Shown: positions 57,762 through 64,000 of the stretch, one piece after another
Position numbering within the stretch: the first letter of the stretch is position 1
Layout: each line of letters begins with the position of its first letter
From: Lophium mytilinum
Lineage: Eukaryota
Direction of reading: 5' to 3'
Assembly (NCBI GenBank): GCA_010093605.1
Contig: MU004186.1
Span: 575,765 to 639,764 of the forward strand
DNA: 64,000 nt
The notes under the pieces: generated by a model
Database searches by the model: none
Told to the model about the DNA's origin: nothing
Seen by the model: the letters and a program-made list of their open reading frames with translations, nothing else
Program-made: the position numbers and the translations under genes

Positions 57762-59335
57762 TCACGGCCTCGAAGAGTGCGCTCCCACGGCCTCGATATT
57801 AAGGTCAACAACCGTCTCCCTCGCCTCAGACACCCCTTTCCTCTGCATCACGCCGCTTTCCCTCCGCTCTTCCTCCAACTCCTCTCCAATCGCCTCCGCA
57901 TCCTCAAACCGCGTCGCCCCCAGCAACTCCGCTCTCGCCTCCCTCCTCCGATCCACCCGCCGCCGCCACGGCTTGTATAACACTACGCTCAACCCCCCAA
58001 AAACCACAAAACTGCCACAAATCACGCCCCCTACAACATCATACCTCTCCCCAACCTTCCCCACTCCCTCCCAAAACCGGCCCTTCGGCTCTGCCACATT
58101 CACCACTAAACTCAACACCTGCACCATCCCAATCACCAGCGCCACCAAAACTGTCAACACCGTCAACACAATGCTATAATACAACACCGCCATCTGATCC
58201 CTCGCCAGCGCGGTGCTCGTATACAGCGCCATCATCAACGCGCCATCCGTCGTATCCAGCAAACACATCCCCGCCGTAAACAACAACGGAAAGATCAGAA
58301 TCAACCAAATCGAGGTACCCTTCGCCGCCTGAATACTCGAAATCCCCAAAATCGCAATCTCAGAACTCGTATCAAACCCCAGCCCAAATAGCACGCCGAG
58401 GGGATACATCTTCCACGGCCGATCAATCAGCTTAAACATCTTCTTAAGCACATGGAACAAGCACCCCCCGCCTTGGATCGTAAACGCCTCTTCGGTGCCG
58501 GGCGCGCTGGCAATGATGGCGCGGAGTTGGCGGATGAGTTTGTACAGGATGTAGAGGTTTAGCACGGCGAGGATGAGCAGGAAGGCGGCGGAGACGGAGG
58601 TGCCGATGATGCCGCCGACGCGGGAGAAGGAGCTGAAGGAGTGCGAGACGGCGGCGGCGGTGGCGGCGACGGTGATGGAGGTGATGATTACGATGGTGCT
58701 GTGGCCGAGGGAGAAGAACATGCCGACGGTTACGGGGCGTTGGTTGGCGGCGATGAGGCGGCGGGTCATGAGGTCGATTGCCTGGGGGCGGGGGTTAAGG
58801 AGGGGATTGGAAAGAGGGTTTAGGGAGAAGATATTTAAAGGAGAATAGGAGTTGGGAAGAAGGGGTGTTTCGGGGGAAAGGAGAGAAAGGAAAAGGGTTT
58901 TTTACTGAGATGTGGTCGGCATCGAGTGCATGGCGGAGACCGAGTGTATAGGACAAGATGGCTGTGGAGATGAGAGCGCTGTAGACTTCATCAATACTAA
59001 AGTCAATTTACACCACATGTCACAGGGAACTCTACCCATGAAAATGCTAGAATCAAGATTAGCATCAACCTCATCCAATAGGGACTGAATCAAAGTTAAT
59101 TTGTCAAGGGATAAGAACGCACCAGCACAATTCCAATACCAGCCCAAACCAGACAATTAACCAGGATCAGAATTACAATCACAGCGACTACTGAAAACGG
59201 CAGTTTGCTGATATACGGCACGCGCCCATGATACACAGCTGCCTTCTTCGAGAAGCCAGTCATTAGACCGCGCCGCTCTGCTGCTGTAGCAGCTTCAGCG
59301 GGCATCAGAGGGGGGGAGAGTTCTAGGTCCGCCAT
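57762..59335 (-). CDS. nic1: High-affinity nickel transporter, NiCoT/NicO family (introns 59047-59122, 58979-59035, 58782-58905; 11-nt microexon 59036-59046)
   Basis: LGLRHALDADHISAID, FFSLGHSTIV, LGVLFGLGFDTSSE, GMCLLDTTDG. Confidence 0.93.
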
Positions 59336-61211
59336 CGTAGCTACTAAGACTTCTCAACGAAAGTGAGGAATGGACATTGAAGACCTTCGAAACTCAAAGA
59401 GAAATAGAGAAACGGGGTTACAGAGGAGAAGCAAAGGGTCTGGATGATAGAAGGACGTGGGGGTAGTGGGGTACTTCGAACTTATCGCGATGGCGGGGTA
59501 TGCTTAGGTAGTTGAGCACACTAGGGAGTGGAGACGCCGGATAGGCTCGAGCCGCGCGTGATACGTTATGTGATTGGACCAGGGCAAATGTTGCATTTCT
59601 GTTTTGGTATATTAACCTCAGGGCCAGTTCGACTACACCATTGAATACGCTACCGCGCCTCGATGAGTATACGACGTAATAGTATAGGCACGATTAACTT
59701 TCTACGGCCTATTCGGAGGCGCTTTGTAGCCGTAATGCCTGCCTTCCAAGACCTAGCATTTACTAGCCCGGATATTAGCTCACTGGCCTCGAAGTAGCTT
59801 TCCTAATACACAATCAGCCTCAAACGCTCGAGATTACTCTTTGAGGCCCTCAGGAGTTTCGAGATTAGATGGTAATGTTAAATCTTAACATAACCTAGGA
59901 TCATTCAAAGATCATTTCATAAACCCTGCCATACCCATTCACTTAGTACCATATAATGGGTCCTGATTCATACCTTTTTAATCAATGATCGGACTATTAG
60001 AATTGCTCAGGAATTATATAGAATGTTATCGCATTTTGAATAACTTGAGCCCTAAATTCTGGCTTTTCGTACCCAGTATCGGGCCAGAAATTACTAGTTT
60101 CTAGTTGTAAATTTTAGAGTTATGCTATTTACAGTCTTACGCATGTTTGCACACAGCACCCGAACAGAGCGCCCGAACCAGGCACGTGCCAGGCCGTAAC
60201 TGTAGCGTTCCAGCCTCCTTTTAGGTACGGCCCTTGAAATGATATACAAAGCTTAGCATTTTCCAGCCCCAGGAGACGCATCTGTGATTAATGTGCAGGT
60301 GGCTTTCAGAGAACATGGGATAGGCCGGTGGCTCCACTAGATGGAGCTCATTGGTCCAGATCAGTCTTTCCCAAGGATCAAAAGTCGTTGTGACGCCGCA
60401 CCACTTGCAATGATAACCACGAGATGCATGAAGAGGCTATACATACATGATGTTGAGGCACAGTAGCGTGTGGGGTCACTGGACCGACCTATCAGGGCAC
60501 AAATATTGACCTCAGACACAAGGCTGAGTAGAGCCTGGGACCGCTCGCGGGGCAGTGGATTCGGAGGCTGTGCACCCGAACCGGCATGATCCAACCACAG
60601 GGTTTCCCAGAACCGAGTCGCGTTTCATGAGCCAATAGGAGGCCATCATCACTATCGGTTTCTCTCTGTTAACTCATAAGCCTCCCTTGGCACACCATCT
60701 CAAGCGCATAAGTTGCCCGTTCAGTGCCAGCGTATCAGGTCAACGCTAGCGACCTGAGTTGTGGGCTACTTGCGCCTGAAGCAGTCTGTCATATCCGCTA
60801 CGATCCACTCTTCAGCCCTCCTGAGTTTAAGGGATCGACTGGTGCGCCAGTGCTGAGTTATGTACAGTAGCAGGGCACAAGGATAATGCCCCTGCTTTTA
60901 CTGTAAAAGCGCATGATTTTGTTGATTGTCAAGGGGAGAAATCAGGACTGGGCAACTCCAAAAGGGTTGGATGCAGCGCTGGTGGCGTGGTGCAACTTTG
61001 CCGTCTCTGCTTCTATGTATAGGTACTGTTGTCCCCATCGCATTGCTCCTGTTCTGTGCTCTGCCTACTACCATTGAATCAATCCACTGTAAAGGCTCGA
61101 AGACGAAGAAACGCAACACACGGCCGAAACATAAGAACAACCCAGGAAGAGCTCCTGCTCAGAAGTGCGTACGGCGGTCTCAGCCTTGTATCACGTCAAC
61201 CTGCCACCTCG

Positions 61212-62741
61212 ATGTTTCTCACATTGCTTATCACCGCACTACTTTACATATTCGAAAGATTCGCTTCTGCCGGTATTCTGTTCTTGCAACCCGCTTCGAG
61301 TAAAAAAAGCTGACGCGTTTAAGCCTGCAACGGAACTACGACAATACTGAAGCAAGATGACGCGACAGCCCTCGCGAGTTGCAGGACTTTCACAGGAGAC
61401 GTGGCCATAGCAACTGGCGTCACCGACCAAATTGACTTCGGAGACTTGGCTCGCATCAATGGGGATCTCAACGCTACTAATGTTACGCTCATAACCTCCT
61501 TGGGTGGGACCAGCCTGGAAAATATCGACGGCAAATTCATATTGAACGGGGTTCAAGTCATGACAGAGCTCAGCTTTCCGAACCTCACCAACGTAGGAGA
61601 GATCCGATGGAATGCTCTGCCAAACCTCAATCAGTTTACCTTCACAGCTGGCATCAATCTGGTTTCAGTGGTCAATATCCAGAACAGTGAACTGAGTAGT
61701 CTAGAGGGGCTCAACATCAAGGTGGCGGACGATGTCTATATTGCGAGCAACCGTAATCATACCTTGCTCTTTTATGTTAGAAGTTCCGGATGGCTGATAC
61801 TGTGCGCAGGACACCTTACCGACATCACAATCCCTTTCACCAACATCAACAGTTCATTGGTCATCGAAGCGAACGGTCCCGCCGTAAGCGTGTCTTTTCC
61901 TAGCCTAAACTGGGCAAGAAACATCACGATCAGAAACGCCTCTTCGATAGATATGCCGTCTCTTAATTACGTAGACGATATTTTGGGATTTTTCGGGTGC
62001 GACATCGAAAAGATCATCGTCAACACCCTGAGTGTTGTCAAAGGCGCCCTTTTTATCGCCGGCAACACGCATCTCACAGATATCTCCATGCCTAATCTCC
62101 TCTCAGCTGGGAGCTTGGATATTCGGAACAATACCTTGGTTGAGTCGATCGATGGGTTCGGCCAACTTGGTAAAGTGATTGGGAATGTCGAGCTTGGTGG
62201 CAACTTCAGCAAGTAAACGTTTTGGCCTCTTCTCGCGCATCGCTTTCATATCTGACCGCCGATTAGAGTCCTGCTTCCAGACCTGAAAAGCGCAGGCCCG
62301 CTCTCAATCAACACTACGAATACCGCCATGGACTGCGCGACCTTCGACGACTATCTGAACGAAGGGATTCTGCAGTCCTACACCTGCAATGGGAAAGTAC
62401 ACCAGGCAGTCGGTAGCCCGTCGACATCTGTGTCCTCGAGCACGTCTTCTCCTGCACAAACGTCTACAACCGGAAACAAAGGTCTGTCCGTGGGTGCGAA
62501 GGCGGGGATAGGTGTTGGCGTCGCCGTCGCAGCTGTAGCCTTGCTCTCTGTCGGTGGCTTTCTTCTCTTCCGGCGGCGTAGACGGGGAGCTCAGCCCCCC
62601 ACAGTTGACGCGGCTATCAAACCTGAACTCGACGGGGAGGATCATTGGGGGAAAACTCGAGTCGAAGAATCCCAAGAGCTACCTACTGGTCAAGATGCTG
62701 TGGAGCTGGAGGCTCCTCATCATGTTAGTGAGCTTGGCTAA
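61212..62741 (+). CDS. Ecm33/Sps2-like receptor L-domain surface protein with C-terminal TM helix (introns 61273-61323, 61753-61809, 62213-62266)
   Basis: Signal peptide, C..DATALASCRTFTGDV, LSFPNLTNVG repeats, GLSVGAKAGIGVGVAVAAVALLSVGGFLLF-RRRRR. Confidence 0.85.
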
Positions 62742-63082
62742 GTTTTACTCTACTTGTCAGGGAGTAGCAGTAAAGACTCCGACAGGCGCAAGTCACTTCT
62801 TGTATATAGCCTCACCCTCCTCCAAATCAGTAATGTTATTGGACTGAAGTGGAGCCGCGGAAGTCTTTACTCTACTCCACTCTAGGAAAAACGTAATCAA
62901 GCTCTGTATATAATGCTAAGATAAGGAGAGAGGGAAGAACCTAAGGTAGCCTAGCGCAGATACACCACGTGCAAGGCTGGAAGGGGGGAAAGCTAGCTAA
63001 AGGTTAGCTATTAAGTATTATAGACTTTACAACATTAATCCATATCAAGTAAATGTTCCTGTGATAACACTATCTCACTCCC

Positions 63083-63107
63083 TTCTTCTTCTTCTTCTTC
63101 TTCTTCT
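63083..63107 (+). repeat. (CTT)n microsatellite, ~8 units
   Basis: Direct reading. Confidence 0.9.
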
Positions 63108-63499
63108 ACGTCTTCCCCTCCTCTTCCTCTCACGTCTTGTTATCTAATTAAGTAAGTTCTTATTTCACGCAATGTAACATCAGTTGATATTCTCTTACAA
63201 ACCTTATCAGAACCCCTGCAGCCCTGATAGCCCTTCATCCATTTATGTAGCAGGCTATTGAGACTGGCTCCAGAAGTAGAAGTAAAGCCTCCATCTACTC
63301 ATTTCTTATTAGCTGCAGTGAAGAAAAAATCACGGCTCTAACCCTCTCTTTCTTCTTTATTATTATCACCTAATATATCACGTACACGGCCTACGTCTCC
63401 TCCTTCCGTGACACCACTGCTTCCGCTTACAATCGAAATCTACTTTGTCAGGTGCCCATTCTCGGCTTGAACTTCTTTTGGTATATGTAGCATCTGAAC

Positions 63500-64000
63500 T
63501 CATTTGTATCTACTAAAACACAAACTCGCATTTGTGCCTCCGAAGCCGAAGCTATTCGATAGTGCAACGTCGACATGATGGTCTTGAGGAGTGTGCGGGA
63601 CGTAATTGCAATTGAAATCAATCGCAGGGTCGCCGGGGTTATCAAGGTTGAGCGTTGGCGGCAGAGTATTCTAACGCATCCGTAAGTAGAGATATAGAAA
63701 AAAGAAATCAGCAAACTCACATGATGCAGTGCCAGAATAGTGAATATGGCCTCCACCGACCCAGCCGCGCCGAGCACATGCCCAATCGCGCCTTTAGTAC
63801 TGCTCACGTTGATCTCTGACGCCTTCGCCTTACCGTTTTCTCCGAGGAGTAGGTCTTTAATCGCTCTATTCTCCGCCGCGTCACCCAACGGCGTCGACGT
63901 GGCATGAGCGTTGACATAATCAACTTGTGCTGGTTCAAGACCAGCATGCTTCAGCGCCCGCCTCATCGCCAAAAACGGCCCCTGCCCATCCTCCCTCGGC
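63500..64000 (-). CDS. CEM1: Mitochondrial 3-oxoacyl-ACP synthase, 3' part (intron 63671-63720; 5' end outside the window)
   Basis: [50 protein letters not shown]. Confidence 0.93.

Noticed and set aside
1..64000. tRNA/rRNA genes and intact transposase or reverse transcriptase ORFs
   Set aside because: None recognised by eye; a tRNAscan/Rfam run would be needed to exclude them

Overview
Intron-containing DNA from a filamentous ascomycete (probably Dothideomycete-like; inferred from gene content, ~50-nt introns with CTRAC/CTAAT branch sites and RIP-like TpA-rich patches). Conserved genes: an SDR, YSA1-type ADP-ribose pyrophosphatase, CTP synthase, a VelC-type velvet protein, a Bin3/MePCE methyltransferase, a DUF1349 protein, a JSN1/PUF2-type pumilio protein, VPS72, RPS24, an EFM3-type methyltransferase, Ecl1, a NiCoT nickel transporter, an Ecm33-like surface protein and the 3' end of CEM1. 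Between them lies accessory material: a tandem triplet of an uncharacterised Cys/His-rich family, a head-to-head HET-domain pair (one copy pseudogenised), a HeLo-like/ankyrin protein, decayed ORFs and RIP-like relics. Two observations stand out. (1) In CTP synthase, the splice that restores the conserved [12 protein letters not shown] junction removes a 51-nt AT-AC intron, which contains a nested GT-AG intron whose use gives a frameshift and premature stop; this is a candidate splicing/NMD switch. (2) A captured noxR (p67phox-like) exon with an intact 50-nt upstream intron can be spliced in frame onto an orphan F-box-like gene. Family assignments come from motif recognition; no database searches were run.
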